This document shows positions 27,422-41,164 of a stretch of DNA of 64,000 nucleotides, piece after piece. The position numbers and the translations under genes were made by a program. This DNA comes from the human T2T-CHM13v2.0 reference genome, Homo sapiens: the NCBI RefSeq assembly GCF_009914755.1, contig NC_060929.1; one strand, 5' to 3'. Position 1 is the first letter of the stretch. Each line of letters begins with the position of its first letter. The notes under the pieces are model-generated. The model saw only the letters and a program-made list of their open reading frames with translations. It did not search any database and had not been told where the DNA came from.

Positions 27422-27473
27422 CTGAGTTAGGTTACAAAGCTGTGGTCTTAGATCACATGTTGAGAAGCCCTAC
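27326..27473. mobile_element. MER5-type (hAT-Charlie) palindromic MITE underlying MIR1289-2
   Basis: aaaatgcagattcctgg...ccag...ctg...ggtctaggaatgtgcctttttaac...gatcacatgttgagaagc matches the MER5A internal palindrome and terminus. Confidence 0.75.
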
Positions 27474-30400
27474 AGGGTTGCAACTTCTGCCATCAGGACA
27501 GACAAGGCTTTGGTTCCTTCTCAGAGGTTTCATCTGGCCATGTGGCTCCAGAGAAGTGTGAGGGTTTGGGTTTCTCTGGGGAGGTGCACACAGGACCTTT
27601 GCTGTCTATAGTTGCGCCTTCTGGAAACATTGGGCAGGCACAAGGGGTGAGAGGTGGAGCTGGGGAGGCAGCTATTTCAAGAACTCTTCTGGAGTCCCTA
27701 ATGGGAGAAAAATCACACTCTATACCCAGATATCAACTTGTGTGAGTTGGGAGGTCACAAGTAATGTGTGAATAACAATACCTCAGGTGTGCTGAGTTGG
27801 AAATGAGTTGTTTTATGATAATGAATTTCAAGTGGATTTAAATTTATCCCTGTAATAATATCATTGCCATACACTTACACGATGAAAAACTGTGTGTGTA
27901 TAAAAGGGATTGCAGCCAATGTGTGGAACTGGCAGGACTCTTGATCTATTTTACCTGGGTATGCCAGACAGATGATGTAATCTGTCATACGCATCATGGC
28001 AGAAGTAGGGCCTGCTGCACCATCTGGGCTGTGATCTCTGACTCTCTGGCTTGCCCTAGCTGCCCTAAGCTGGTGCCTTACTAAGCTCACCTTGCTGCCA
28101 CCTCCAACTGGACCATGGGTAGGGGCTGCCCAGGGCCTTGCTTGACATGCTTGTGGAGGGTACCCTGTCCAGAGCCAACAGGACACGAACAACAGAAGGG
28201 TCAGGTCCATTCTGGGTTCCAGCTATCCACTGTGAGGCATCTGCTAAGGACATCCTGGGCATGAGACCTGTGTGAACTGGCACCTGTGCTGTTCTCAGCA
28301 TGGCAGCAGCTGCAGAGACCGAGGCCCTGAGCACCAAGTGGTCACACAGCACAAGTGACTGCCCAGGTGCAGAGGTGCTGCATATAGGGGCTCCTGTCCT
28401 CACTCTCTGCAGAAGCAACCTCGACTCCAGATATTGAGGGCTCTCTCATCCTGGATGCTCCTTGCTCTATGGCCACTAAACTTAACATGACTCTTCCAAA
28501 GGGTTTTTCTGTTAATTGTCAATGCCAGCCCAGGGCTGGCATGTAGTGGGCATGCAATGCTTCATTGTTAAGAGTAAACTACGACACACAGAGGCACCAT
28601 TTCCGTTATGGTGTGAAATGCAAATGTCATCATCCTAAGCAGCTTCCCCAAGTCTCAGCTGTAGTTTCCAGAAATAAGTGACTGCCTTCTTATTCACATG
28701 CAGGAACTTCAGTTATTTCTTCCTGGCCCTAGTAGTGGGATCCTAAGGATAGCATAAATCAGGGGAAGAAACCCAACACTAAAGTTTCCATAGAGCATTA
28801 CCCTGTGAAAGCCTCTTCTCCGGAGGGCCCTAACCTGGGTCCCAGATGTGGTTAAACTGATTTGCCCCTCGTTGGCTCACATCAGCAGAAATCTGCTCGT
28901 AGGACGCCCACAGCCCATGGAATCATGAATGCCGAGGAGCTGCCCCCTTCATCTTTAATTCAAATGAGCCTGAGGATGACGATGGCAATGGCACTGATGT
29001 GGGCTGAGCTCTTACCACATGCCAAGTTCTGCTTAAAGTGCCCTCTGGAAATGATCATCTCCACAACAATCTCACAAGGGAGGTAGAAATAATACAACCT
29101 ATTTCTATTTTCTTGGTGGGAACACAGGCTGAATGAGGATTCTACCCCAGGACTGCCTGGTACCAGGTCTATGCTCGTGACTCCCCCACCCCAGGGATGA
29201 AGGGAAGAAACCACATAAGCTGGAACAACAGCCAAGTCAAGAGAAGATATCAGGAATGGGGGCTGACTTTAAGCTCACTCTCCCTCCAGAACCTGCCTTC
29301 CTCAAAAGTAGGCCTGTCCTCTTGATTGTGAATCTCCAGGCTCCTAAAGACTTATCAGGTCATTTGGATTCCCTGTACTATGGGTTTCTGGACTCTTGGA
29401 TGCACCGTACTATGGGTTGCTGGACTCCCTGGGTTGTCTACAAGAAGAACAGAGCACGGTAAGTTTAGGAATCCATTCCCCGTGAGGCATCCACCTTCAG
29501 CATGAGGCCACCATCCCTCAGTGACCTCCCAGAATCCATCAGCTCACTCCACCTCAAGATGTAACTCAATTAGAGGATAAAGTCCCTTCTCTCCTATTTC
29601 AGGTTAATTGGGTCTGTGCCAGAGTTCACATATTCTTGTTTTCGCATCTCTATTGATTAATGGGCAAATCATTGGTAATAGACACACACTGCATACTATG
29701 AGTATTTGAGACGTGAGCTGTAAATAAATGCTCATAATTAGTACTTGAGAAAGATTGGACAGCCATAAGATATACAAAGCACTTGGAAAATGTGAGGTGC
29801 AATTTTTCCTTGTCCAAGCAATTTTCAAACTCTAGATAGAAAGCTGCTTGGGTGTGGAATGTAAGTTGAAAGTGAGACTTTCACACTAGGGGCAAACTTT
29901 GCAACAGAGGAAACAATTGTAGAAAAACCAATTTAGTTAATTGTCTTTGTTTCACCTGCTGTTCATGTGTACCTGGAGCTTGCTGCTCCCCTGAAGCCTA
30001 GTCTTGCTCCAGTTTGAGTGGCCCTGTGGGGTAGGTCTTGCTGCTTCTGCATGGATTTCCACATGTCTCAGAGGTTAGGGTTAATGAAAAAGTGGTATTT
30101 GCAAAGGGTTTGAGGAGTGGCTCTAGGACAGTGATGTTTGTTGCCATGGAAATGAATACAGTCTCCAATTCATCACTATCATCTCAGCAGGACTTGGGAG
30201 AGGAATAGCCAAGCCAGAGACCTTACAAGTTTGGTCACAGATGCACCCATGAACTAGCAAGAGAAGTGGAGGAAAAACTGTTCAGGCATGCCTCGGCACC
30301 ACCCGTGTCTTTTTAGCCAAATTAATACCAAAATCTTACTCCACAGAACAAAAGGGTAAAATATGACTTTCCAAAATAACAGATTGGCTTGCTCTTCCCT

Positions 30401-30955
30401 CCCTCTTTCCCTTCCTCAAATTCCTGATGTACCTTAGACACAAAACACTGGTGATATTCACTGACTGTTTTTTGAAGAATGCACCCATAACTGGATATTG
30501 AGATGCTTAGCTGGCTGTGCTTAACTCTAACTTGGCAAAACTATACAGGGGGGTCAGCAGAGTCTTCAGTAAAGGCCCCGCAGAGGAGGCTTAGAGGAAA
30601 AGGACACCTTATACAAACAAGAATTTCCCCTTCATTCCTGCAAAGTGGTGGTGAACAATAAAGTGTTCTATTAAACTTCCTGGTGGACAATAATTAAATG
30701 CAACCAGAATGGACTTTTGATGGAAAAAACAGCACATACATGTTGATAGGAAGAAAATAGGAGAGACCTAGAGGGGTGCATCATGAGGGAGAAATTTCTA
30801 AGTCAAAGGTTGCAAATATAGGGCCCCCAGGCCCCCATTCCCCCAGCAGACAGTGGTAAACATCTGGCACTTTCCCACTGAACCCAGATGTGGCCTTCTT
30901 ATTTACCTCTCACATCACTCCAGGCAGCCACTACCAAGAGAACTGTGTTACCACC

Positions 30956-31509
30956 TGTGGTAGATTAAAGATGGCAACACATTCTCTGATGCTCCTTCCT
31001 CTGAGACGTAGAGTACAATTTTTCTCCTCTCAAATTAGGTGTGGCCTTAGTAACTTGCTTGAACAATAGAATGGAACAGCCAAGACTTGACTTCTGAAGC
31101 TAAGAAGGCTTGCAGCTTCCACATGAATGTCTTGGAACACTCACTCTTAGACCCCTGAGCCACCATGTAGGAGATCTGACTACCCTGCAGGAGAGACCGG
31201 GAAGAGATACTCTGAGACTACAAGGGGTGGAGGAGTATAGCTAAGCCCAGCCTTCCAGCTGACCCTGTCAAGATGCTAGATGTGTGGGTAACACTGGATA
31301 AGGCCCTCAATTATAGCCCAGCCAGCAGCTGAATGCTACTGACACTACTGAGTAACCCCAGTCAATGCCACCTGAAGCAGAAAAATCACCCAGCTGAGCC
31401 CTGTCTTAATTCCTTATTCACACAATCATGAACTAAAATACAATGGTAGTTGTTTTAAGCTGCTAGGGTTTGGGGGTAATTTGTTACACATCAGTAAATA
31501 ACCTGAATA
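30956..31509 (+). mobile_element. MaLR solo LTR (MLT1G/H-like)
   Basis: TGTGGTAGATTAAAGATGGC start; ggccttagtaacttgcttgaacaatagaatgg; 3' end gttgttttaagctgctagggtttggggg..tttgttacac. Candidate 5-bp TSD CCACC/CCACA. Confidence 0.85.
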
Positions 31510-31859
31510 CCACACAAAACAAAACGCATTGGCCACCTGGGTCTAGGTAAAAATTGTATTCAGGGTCCAGAATGAATCCTTGGGGTTTTTTTCATTAATA
31601 ATTACAATAGTGATACTAGCATTTATTAAGTGCAAGATACATTGGAACCATTTTATATAGAAGAACTCATTTATATGCAAAATCCAAGTACCCAAGGGTA
31701 GACACAAATCCCCATGAACTGAGCCAAACACTGATGGACCTACCTCAGTTGAGAGTTAAATAACAATTCAGTAAGACAGAGGGTGTAAGTATAAGTTGTC
31801 AATCACATCTGTTCTGTCATTGCACTTCACTATACCTCCATTCAAGCAGGGCAAGACTG

Positions 31860-32010
31860 GTTTCATTATCTTTAAAAAAAATAGATTAGAAAACAGAGGC
31901 TCAGAGAGGTTGTGATTTGTTGAAGTTCACACAGGTTAGTGAAGGAGGTAAATTTGGAATCCAGATGTGACAAGTCCAGGACCAATGGTCTTTTTGTATG
32001 TCACAATGCC
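31860..32010 (-). mobile_element. MIR SINE fragment
   Basis: agaaaacagaggctcagagaggttgtgatttgttgaagttcacacaggttagt. Confidence 0.6.
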
Positions 32011-33221
32011 TCTCTAAACATTAGCTAATAGAGAGAAATTCTCTTCATAATGACATTTCTGCCTCTCCCACAATATCTACCCAATGCCATGAACATCAGA
32101 CAATAACCTGCAAAGGAAATAAACTTTCAAATAGACATGCACTGCACGAGAGATTTGTAGTACCTAATTTCTCAGGCTCCCTTCTGCCAAACCTACCTTG
32201 TGGGGGTGGTGTGAGAATTAAGAGTTCGAGCTGCTATGAGACTTGAGCCAGGTGAGGCACACAGTGAGTGCTCAGTAAATGGGGAAAATATTACTTCTCC
32301 TTTAACTTATTCAACAATTATTTATTGGGCATCTGCTATCTGCATGTGCTGTTCTAGGCACCAGGGATTTGGTGGTAAACCAAATAGGCAGAAATCTGCT
32401 CCTTACAAATCTTATATTCCAGTGTCAAGTGGAAACCTATGGAAGATAGGATGCTGGGTGGGTGGGTGGCTGGCGAGGCCCACTCACTTGGTAACTGACT
32501 GATTTTCACACAGCAGCATTGGATTACACTTGATTCAAATTTATCCACAGCAACATAACAAATCTCCATCTTTAGAGATCCTTGCAGTACACCCCAAGCC
32601 ACAAGCACTAAATCTGGCAATTTTTCATATGCTTCTGTGCCTTGCTATGTGTGGCATGGCCCAGATCTTTTAAGCAGTACTAAGAAATGGCTTACAAAGA
32701 GAGTGCAGAAGGCTTCTTGGGTTCTTTCTCATTAAAAGGCATCTGGCTCCTCTATTCTCTCTGCCCCTGACTCCTCAGGCTGTCAAAGAAGGAAAGAGAA
32801 ATTTCAGGAGTTGCAAGGCAAAGAAAATCTAAGCTGTTCTCTTTTTCAGTGAACTAAAAGCCAGAGCTGAAATCCTGCATGTTTAAAACTAGAGCTCATT
32901 GGAATTCACCAAAACCTGGACAAGTTCCCCAGAGACCTGCAAAAGCTTAATAGTCCTATTTGTTTTTGAAGTAAGGGACACTGTGCAAATCCATTCCACC
33001 TGCCTGTCCATATTAGTGTCATTTTCTGGTCTGGTGGGTTAGACGGGGGAAGGATTACCCACTAACTGGCAACGGGGTACCCACGCAAGGGTAGGGCACC
33101 CCTTCAAGCCTGGAGATTTTCCAAAGTATTTGATTTTTTTGAGCACTGTTAGTAAGTCAAGCTGTTTGGCATGATTTACCTTTTTCAGTTTCAATGAAAT
33201 GTTTTTGGTTTGATTTCTATT

Positions 33222-33985
33222 TCATTCATGTGGCAAGCATTTATTGCCTACTAAGTGCCAGGCAGTGTTCTAAGTGAATATAGCAGCCTGCAATGGAATT
33301 TATATTCTCATGGGCAAAGCTTAGACAATACAGAAAGGAGTCAGTTAAGAAAAAAAATCAGATGGTCGTGAGTGCAGACAATTAAAATACATTGATTCGA
33401 TAGGTAAAGTCAGGGTGGCAACTCTGGGTGATCAGGAGGCCTCTTGGAGGAGGTGGATTTAAGCTGAGACCTCAGGAGAAGTCAGCTCTGTAAAGAGCTG
33501 GGGGAAGCACGGCAGGCAGAGGGAAGAGCTGGTGTCAAGGCCAGTGCAGGTGTCTGGGCCAAGAGGGGAGGCTAGAAAGGCTGAAGCAAGGCGGGAAGGG
33601 AGCGTGGCAGGAGATGAGGTCAGATAGGGAGGCAGCAGTGGGATTCCAGGGGCCTCCGAGCCATGGCAAAGGGAAAAGCTTAGGATTTTTTTTCAAGGTG
33701 TGATGGGAAAGCCCTGGAGGGTTTTAAGCAGAAGGTAATACAATCTGATTTACATTGAAAACAGATTACTATGGCTATTGCATGGAGATTGGTCTGCAAC
33801 GGGGCAAAAGGGGAGGGAGGGAGACCAATGGGAGGCTTCTAAGTTTCTAAAGATGAAAGATGATGGTGGCTTTGACTAGGGCATAGTAGTGGTGATGAGA
33901 GAAGCAGACGAGACTCAAGGTGCGCTTTGGAAGTAGAGTTGATAAGACTTGGTTTGATGGATTAGATGAGGAGCTGTGGGGGAAT
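33222..33985 (-). mobile_element. LINE-2
   Basis: ttcattca...aagcatttattgcctactaagtgccaggcagtgttctaag; later gggaaagccctggagggttttaagcag and gatggtggctttgactaggg. Confidence 0.8.
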
Positions 33986-34039
33986 GTTATAAAATAAATG
34001 GAATGTTTTTCAGAGAGAATAACTCCACATTTTACTATA

Positions 34040-34955
34040 TTTCACCTTAGTCTTTTCCAGTTACATAAATATACATATGTACTTTATAAAATTGGAATCT
34101 GGAAGTAGTTTTATATCATGCTTTTAAACTTAACATTCTTTTTGTGACTATTTCCACAAGTCATAATTTTTAATGACTGAATAATATCTCATCATATGGG
34201 GCACACCATATTTCCTTTAACCAGTCACTGCTTGACATTTGGGCTGCTTCCAAAACTTCTGCTTTGACAAACAAAGCTACAGTAAACATCCCTGAACATA
34301 AATCTTTAGGCAATCTCTGATTTTTTTCCTTGTGATAAATTGCCTGAAGTGGAATTACTGAATCAAAAGCATGTTTAAAAAGAGACTTAATAAATAAGTA
34401 CTGCCAAATTACTGGCCACAGAGTTGGTGCCATTTTATATTTTCATTGGCTACATTTGAGAGTCCCCTTTCACTCTATCCTTGCTAAAACTGAATTTTAT
34501 CATTAAAAATTGCTGATTTCATGGCCAAAAATATATTGTTAACTGTTTTAATTTGCCTTATTTTGATTATTAGGAAGGTTCAGAATCTAATATTTAATAA
34601 TGATGTGTATTTGGTGGATGGATGTGAATGTCTGTGTGTGTGTGTGCCCTCTGTTCATGTTCTTCACAAACTTTTCTATGTGGATGGTCATCTTTTTTAT
34701 TGATTACTAAGAGCTCTTTCTATAGTAAAGTCATTCATAACTCCAACTATTTTTCCCCAGTTTTTCATTTGCCTTATGATATACAGAAGCTTAAAGATTT
34801 TATGTCATCAAATATATCAACCATGTCTCTAATTGTATCTTCCTTTTTTATGTGGTTTAGGAAAGCCCCACTCACCTTAGTAAAAGTACAAAAATATCTG
34901 CTCATATTTATTTGAGGTCTTTTATGATTTTATGTGTTTTATTTAACTTTTTAAG
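34040..34955 (-). mobile_element. L1ME-type 3' region
   Basis: gacatttgggctgcttcc...gctacagtaaacatccctgaacataaatcttt...gaagtggaattactgaatcaaa. Confidence 0.7.
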
Positions 34956-34957
34956 CC

Positions 34958-35216
34958 ACCATTTCCCAAGTGATTTCTGCAGAACATGAAACACCAGTCT
35001 CACAAAATACTCAAGTAATTCTGGGAATAGCATGTGCTATAGTTCCCTCTTGGGATTGTAGCATGCACAGTAGCACCAAAGATGGTTAAAAGTCCTGCAA
35101 TAAAAATATCTGCTTAACTTTGCTTACCATGGTGTTTTGCAGATGTATTTGACTCCAGAATCCTTTTCTTGTTATGTTTATTAATGTCGTGTAAGAGCGT
35201 TTTGGGACAAGTGCTT
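34958..35216. mobile_element. MER103-like hAT-Charlie DNA transposon
   Basis: catttcccaagtg...ttccctcttgggattgtagcatgcacagtagca...aagtcctgcaataaaaatatctgcttaactttgctt...ttttgggacaagtgct. Confidence 0.65.
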
Positions 35217-35699
35217 TAGAAGAGCCACCATATCCAACTGCAATATGAAGTCATCCACCTTATTAAAACAAATACTTAATCATTTGGCCCAGTACCATTT
35301 GAAAATAACTGATGATCCTTTTTCTCACAGTTTTGAAATGCTGTGTTAGGTTAGCACTATGTTCTAAGGTTTGCTCCTGGCCTTTCTGTTCAGTTCTACT
35401 GGTATGTTAAACTCTCACACTACGATTGTGCTCCTATTTTTCCTTTTATTCCTAACAGTAATCACTGATATTGTGTTATTTGGTACATAAAGCTCCATGA
35501 CCACAGCATCTTCTTCATGGATTTTATCACCATAAAATGGCATCCCTTTTTCTCATTTAGTGTTGTTGCCTTGAATTCTACTTCCCCTCTAAATTGCTAC
35601 CCTTGCTTTCTGTTTTTGTTTTTGACAAACAGAACTTCGCCCACTCTTTTTCCTTTAATCTCCTTATGCCATTTGGCTTTAAGTGTGTGTCTTTTCATT

Positions 35700-37100
35700 C
35701 TCTCATGCATCAGAAATGTATTAATACTTCCCACATGCCAAGTGTTAGGCACTAGAGAATACAGTGGTAATCACAAAAAAATACAATGCTTACCCTCTTC
35801 TGAGGGTATTCTAAGTATAGTATTTATTCTAAGTATAGTATAAAAGACAGACATCAGCCAATAGTTTCATAAGTATATGTAAAATTACAATGGTGGCCTA
35901 TGTTTTATGGTATATGGCATTATGAGCTAAGTGCTACAAAAGTTTACAATGGAAGGACAATTTAGTTTGGTGGAATTGGCTCAGGAAAGGCTTTCCTAAG
36001 GAGGGGACACTTGGGCTCAGCTCCAAAAGATGTGTTTGTTAACTAAACTGGGTAAGGGGGAGGCAGTGGGAGTGCTCCAGATGGAGGATGACCTGTGGCA
36101 GGAAGGAGTGTGTTGTCAGTTAGTGGGGTTAGGCATGGAGAACAAAGAGAACATGGTGTGAGTTGAGGCTAGAAAGGTTAATAGGGTCAGACCATGCAGG
36201 ATCTTTTGGATCCTGCTGAGAATTTGAGCCTTTATTCTAGAAGCATTGAGAAGTTATTAAACAGTTTTAAGCAGAAGTTTTACAAGCAATGATATGCTGG
36301 AGACTACTATTTATAAGGGCAGATGATTCGTATCTCTTCCCGACTCTGTGTTCCATGACATCACTGGACTGGTCAACTGAAGTCATCCACGGTAGTAGTA
36401 TTTGCACTACGGAAATTGGCAAATGCTATAAATTAGGACTTTTCCCACCGAGAGCCGGTTGTTAAACATTTATCAGCACACCACTGATTGACATAATCAC
36501 CAATTGTGTTTTGAAAAGAAATCACTCTGGTATTTGGGTGGAAAACAGATTCCAGGGGAGCAAGAAAGAATGCAGGGAGACTGGTTAGGATGTGATTATG
36601 AGAGTCTTGTTGAGAAAAAACTGTATTTTGAATTAGAGTGGTGGTATTGGAGATAGAGAGAAGTGAATGGATTTGAGATGTGTGTAATATTTAGAGCCAA
36701 AAATATTAATGATGGATTGGATTGAGTTGCTACAGGAGAAAGAGGTGACAAAGATGGCTCAAAGATCTATGGCTTAGGAAGATGGATGAAGGGTGGTACC
36801 AATTACTGAGATAGAAGCACTGGTTGGAGAATGGTGCTTTTTTGGGTTGTTGTTTATTTGTTTTTCTGGCAGGAAGGTTAGTGATGGGGAAAGACCATGA
36901 GTTTAGATTTGGACATTCTGAGTTTTAGTTGCCGGTGAGGCACTCAAGTGCCTTTGTCAAGTAGGCAGTTGGACATATTGGCCTGGAAATCAGAGCAGAG
37001 GTCTAAGTAGGAGCCGTCAGTGACAGTCACCGCACTTGGGCACTATTTCAACCTTTGGGCATGGTTGAGGTAGCTTGAGAAGGTAATATGGAATCAGAAC
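35700..37100 (-). mobile_element. LINE-2 (interrupted by a MER63-like element)
   Basis: acatgccaagtgttaggcactagagaatacagtgg; tcaggaaaggctttcctaaggagggg; gagtttagatttggacattctgagtttt; aagtaggcagttgga. Confidence 0.75.
36287..36486 (+). mobile_element. MER63A-like (hAT-Blackjack) MITE
   Basis: 5' CAATGATATGCTGG and 3' gagagccggttgttaaacatttaTCAGCACACCACTG terminal inverted repeats; internal cggaaattggcaaatgctataaattagg. Confidence 0.8.
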
Positions 37101-37200
37101 ACAGGATTGCTCATTTAATCTCTAAGATTTGAGCTTGAAGAAAGAATATTTAGTAGCCAACATTTAATGCAAACTGTATATAGTATATAGTAAATAGGTG

Positions 37201-37506
<306 letters not shown>

Positions 37507-37519
37507 AGTAAATGGTTTT

Positions 37520-38130
37520 TTTTTTTAGTCAGTTTGGAGTCTTTGCATTGTCATTGAGAAGTTGTTCTCTTCACTTTCTTTTAAACATTTTTTCATTATT
37601 TATGTTATTGAGCTTTCTCCTTTTGTCCTTTTCCTTTTATTATTATTATTGTCTTCAGCTTTGTGGGCCAACTTTTCTTTCTTTGGTTGGAATTTATAGC
37701 TACTGAATTGTAACGTATTACTCTAATTATATATACTTAATTCTATAATTGACTTGTTTGGAATCTCATGGCTCATTCTTTTATGATACAATATTTTGAT
37801 TCATTTATCAGTTAGGTGGAGCATGACTTGAAGTACTTCTTTTAAAAAATAAGAAAAAGCAGGAAGATGGTGTATATCTGAACTCTTGCATATCTGAGAA
37901 TGCCTTTCTTTTGCCTTCGACATGAACAACATCTAGGCAGAGGACAAATTCTTGGATCATAATCTTTTGTCCTTGAAACATTCCAAATACTGCTCCATTA
38001 TCTTCTGGCATTCAGTGCTTACAGGCAAGAAGTCATGAATTGATTTAATTTGTTCTTCCAGAATGCTAGTAGAGTTTTTTGGTGTGGGTATTTCAAAACC
38101 CTTTCCAGGATATATCCATGCAGCAGATGG
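37520..38130 (-). mobile_element. Ancient L1/HAL1 ORF1-region fragment
   Basis: aaattcttggatcataatcttttgtccttgaaacattccaaatactgctccattatcttctggcattcagtg. Confidence 0.55.
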
Positions 38131-40723
38131 TATTGGTTGGAAGGAGAATATATGATATTGGTGGTAGGAATTATATTAGGGGTTGTTAATAGAAAAGAAT
38201 ATATGAAGTCCCTGAATTTAGGGACACATGTACATGTCGTTAAGATGTAGAGAAATAGATACAGGGTGTGGAGGAAGGAGGTGGATCTGGTGGAAACTGC
38301 AGAACCTTTACATTCACATGATCACAAGTGTGGGACGAGTGAGGAACACAGTGGGAGTTTGACTAAGTAAAGATTTCAGTGAAGGCTGAAGTGCAAATTC
38401 ATCATCCGGATTGCCCTGACAATGGGGCTCACACCTCATGGAAATGACATTATAATGAGGAAAACCCACATGCAAGATATAAATTTGATTTTGAGGATGA
38501 GCAGAACTGATCTAGTTAGCTCTGCCTTTGGGGAAGGTCTGAGGAGGAGTTAGGGAGGTATCTGGCTGCAGGCTAAGAATGGGGTTATGTGAGAAACAAC
38601 TTGCATTATATAAAAAAGGGCTGGGATGAGCGCGGATGCTCAAGATCTTCTGGAACCTCACGCGCCTTTGATTCCTCCTGCCCACTTTGGTGGAAGTCAG
38701 TGTAGGTAATAAAGCATGTACCTGTGAAGTCACATTGTCTTGCTCTTATTCTACTTATTGTAACACTGTCTAGAAGGAAACTTGGACAGAGAAATGGCCA
38801 AGTGTGTTCCCTAATAGCTTGGGATGAAGTGATGGGCTGTAGGGATTTTCTCCCAGCCCTTGCTAACATCTAAGCAGTTTGGGCCACCTGAGGATGGGGT
38901 GGGGTGGACAGGGTGGACAACGGGAATAGAACAAGAGTGTCTAGGCCTATCTTCCTTTTTATGTTTCTAGAACTCTATGAGACCTTTGAATCTATTATTT
39001 ATTGACTTTAAATAAAACATTCTTTTTAGAAGCCTTTTGACATGACCGGGCCCAAACTTGCCAATATTTGGTTACTCCTGGAGCCATGAATTTCTACCTT
39101 CAATCAGGACAAAAGCTATTTGAGGCCTCTGGGTGGGACTGCGATTGATACCACACATTAAATTTTTCATTCTGTTGTTGTCAGGTGGGAGGCTGGCTGT
39201 CCTTTCTACCGCTAAAAAGAAACAGCTCTGGAGGACCAGGTTGCTAGCTAACTTAAGAAAACGCCTTGCCTTCATCCCTCCTGCTTCAGAGGTCTTCAAG
39301 TGCCAGCTCGTGGGGGTAACTGGGAGAGTCCCTTCCCTCTTGGGGCTGATCTCTCCCTTCGTCTAAAACAGGGCTTAGAATAAGAGGTGCTGCAAGCTCT
39401 GGTACCAATATCTATGAGGGCAAAGAGAGGGTCATTCTCCAAAGATGGCTGTGCCTGACAGCGTGCAGGCTCCAGATGCACATGGGAGAGCAGGCCACAC
39501 CACTGGGAAGGCTTTGCCGAAGGGGGCAGGTACGGGGTTTTCATGTACTTAGCCCACCCCCACCCTCTTCCCCACACCTGGCACCATCAGTGCTAGAAAT
39601 GCCTTCATTAGGAATTCACTTCCTCAGTAGTAGGCATTGTTTTATTCAGGGCGTGGACACCCTGGGAGGGGTCAGACGTTGATCTGTGTTAGCTGTAAGC
39701 ATAGAGGATCTGTTCAGTCATGCTGCAGACCCACAGTTCTTAGTGAGCAGAGCCCTGGGGGTGGGGGACATGCTGGGGTCGGGAGGAAGGAAAGGAAGAG
39801 TCACCCTGGAGCACAAGCCCTGGCTGTGGAAGAATGGCAGGTCCAGCTGGGCGAGTAGTACAGGAGAGAGCTCTGGAACCCGGGGCTACACCCATTCACT
39901 GAATAATTTCTGGGCGCTGTGGAGGGAGAGGGCCTCAGCGGGCAAGGTGGGCCGCTGACAAGGTGTCTTGACAGGAACAAGACACATCATTTGGGTGGCT
40001 GTGGGCAGCTCAGGGGTGCCCGTAAGATGCCTCACCAAGCCTGTTTTTGGCAAGGGTTTGGACTTCAAGGCCCTTTCTTGTGGAAGGCTCAGCATCTGTC
40101 AGCTTCTGCTCCACAGGCCCATGGGGAGCTCTCAGCAGCCAGCCTAATGTGGGGCTGCACTGAGCCCTTACATCTGGCTGGCCGACCAAGCTGCTTATGG
40201 CAATGTCAGGCTTGAGCTGAGACTTTAAATTCAACTTCCTGGGAGAAGCAGTCGGTACTGGACTTAGCTTATCGCCTCCCCAGGATGGATGTGCCAAGGA
40301 GGGCTAATAGTTTTCCATGGAGCTGGGTCACCTCCCTGGAGGCACAGGGTAGTGGCCTGAGTCATTCCACTGGCAGAACACAACCTCTGAGAGGCCTGGG
40401 AATGTCCAAGCAGGGGGAAGAGAAGACAGTGGAGACTGCAAGAGGCCTAGCCCAGACACAGCGTGGAAGACACGTTTCAGGCAGGACATGAGAACCACGC
40501 CCCCAGCCCTCACCCACCACTTCTCCACACCTCCACTGGGCCCACCTCAGCACCACACAGAGGAGGAATGTGTCCTAGAGGCTCAGATACAGTGGACTAC
40601 TGCCTCCTGCACTTGGCCTCCTGGGTCTGGGTCAGGGCCAGCCCTGCTCCTGAGGATAGTCAGAAAAAGGAAGAAAACACTCCCGGTGTCAGGGCCTGCA
40701 CAGCACAGGGCCTGGCTTGGGGC

Positions 40724-41164
40724 AGTCTTGATGTGGTTCCTCTGAAATCAGACTCTGAGTAGGAATTGAATGCAAATATATTGGGAAGTGATATCCTAGG
40801 AAGCACTGGTAGGGAGATGGGGAAATGAAAGAAGGGAGAGAAAGAAGCCAAGACGGGGCAAATTAATGAGCAGGTTATCACTGTGGGCAGCTGGGATTAA
40901 GCCTGCCAGGAAGGCACCTGGGAGATGGGGCAGGATGCCTTCCTGCACCTGAGGGGTGCAGAGCTGGTACTTATCCAGCAACTCTTGCTCATTGTTGGTT
41001 GAAGGCTACTCCTGGACACATGAACTCCCAGCACTCCTGGCTTGCCCTGTGCACTGACCAGACATGCCCCTGCATCCTGGTAGCACCCCGAGGGGAGACA
41101 GAGAGTTGCAAAAGATGCCTTCAGTGTGTAGGAAACAATGAGAGCACTGCCAGTATCTGCTACA
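40724..41164 (-). mobile_element. ERVL solo LTR (LTR33-like)
   Basis: The minus strand begins TGTAGCAGATACTGGCAGTGC. The plus strand has ggttcctctgaaatcagactctgag...gagcaggttatcactgtgggcagctgg...ttggttgaaggctactcc. Candidate TSD GGGGC/GTGGC. Confidence 0.75.

Noticed and set aside
35808-35841. Short tandem duplication TATTCTAAGTATAGTAT (similar ones at ~8495, ~12876 and ~5045)
   Set aside because: Ordinary slippage duplications, mostly inside old repeats.
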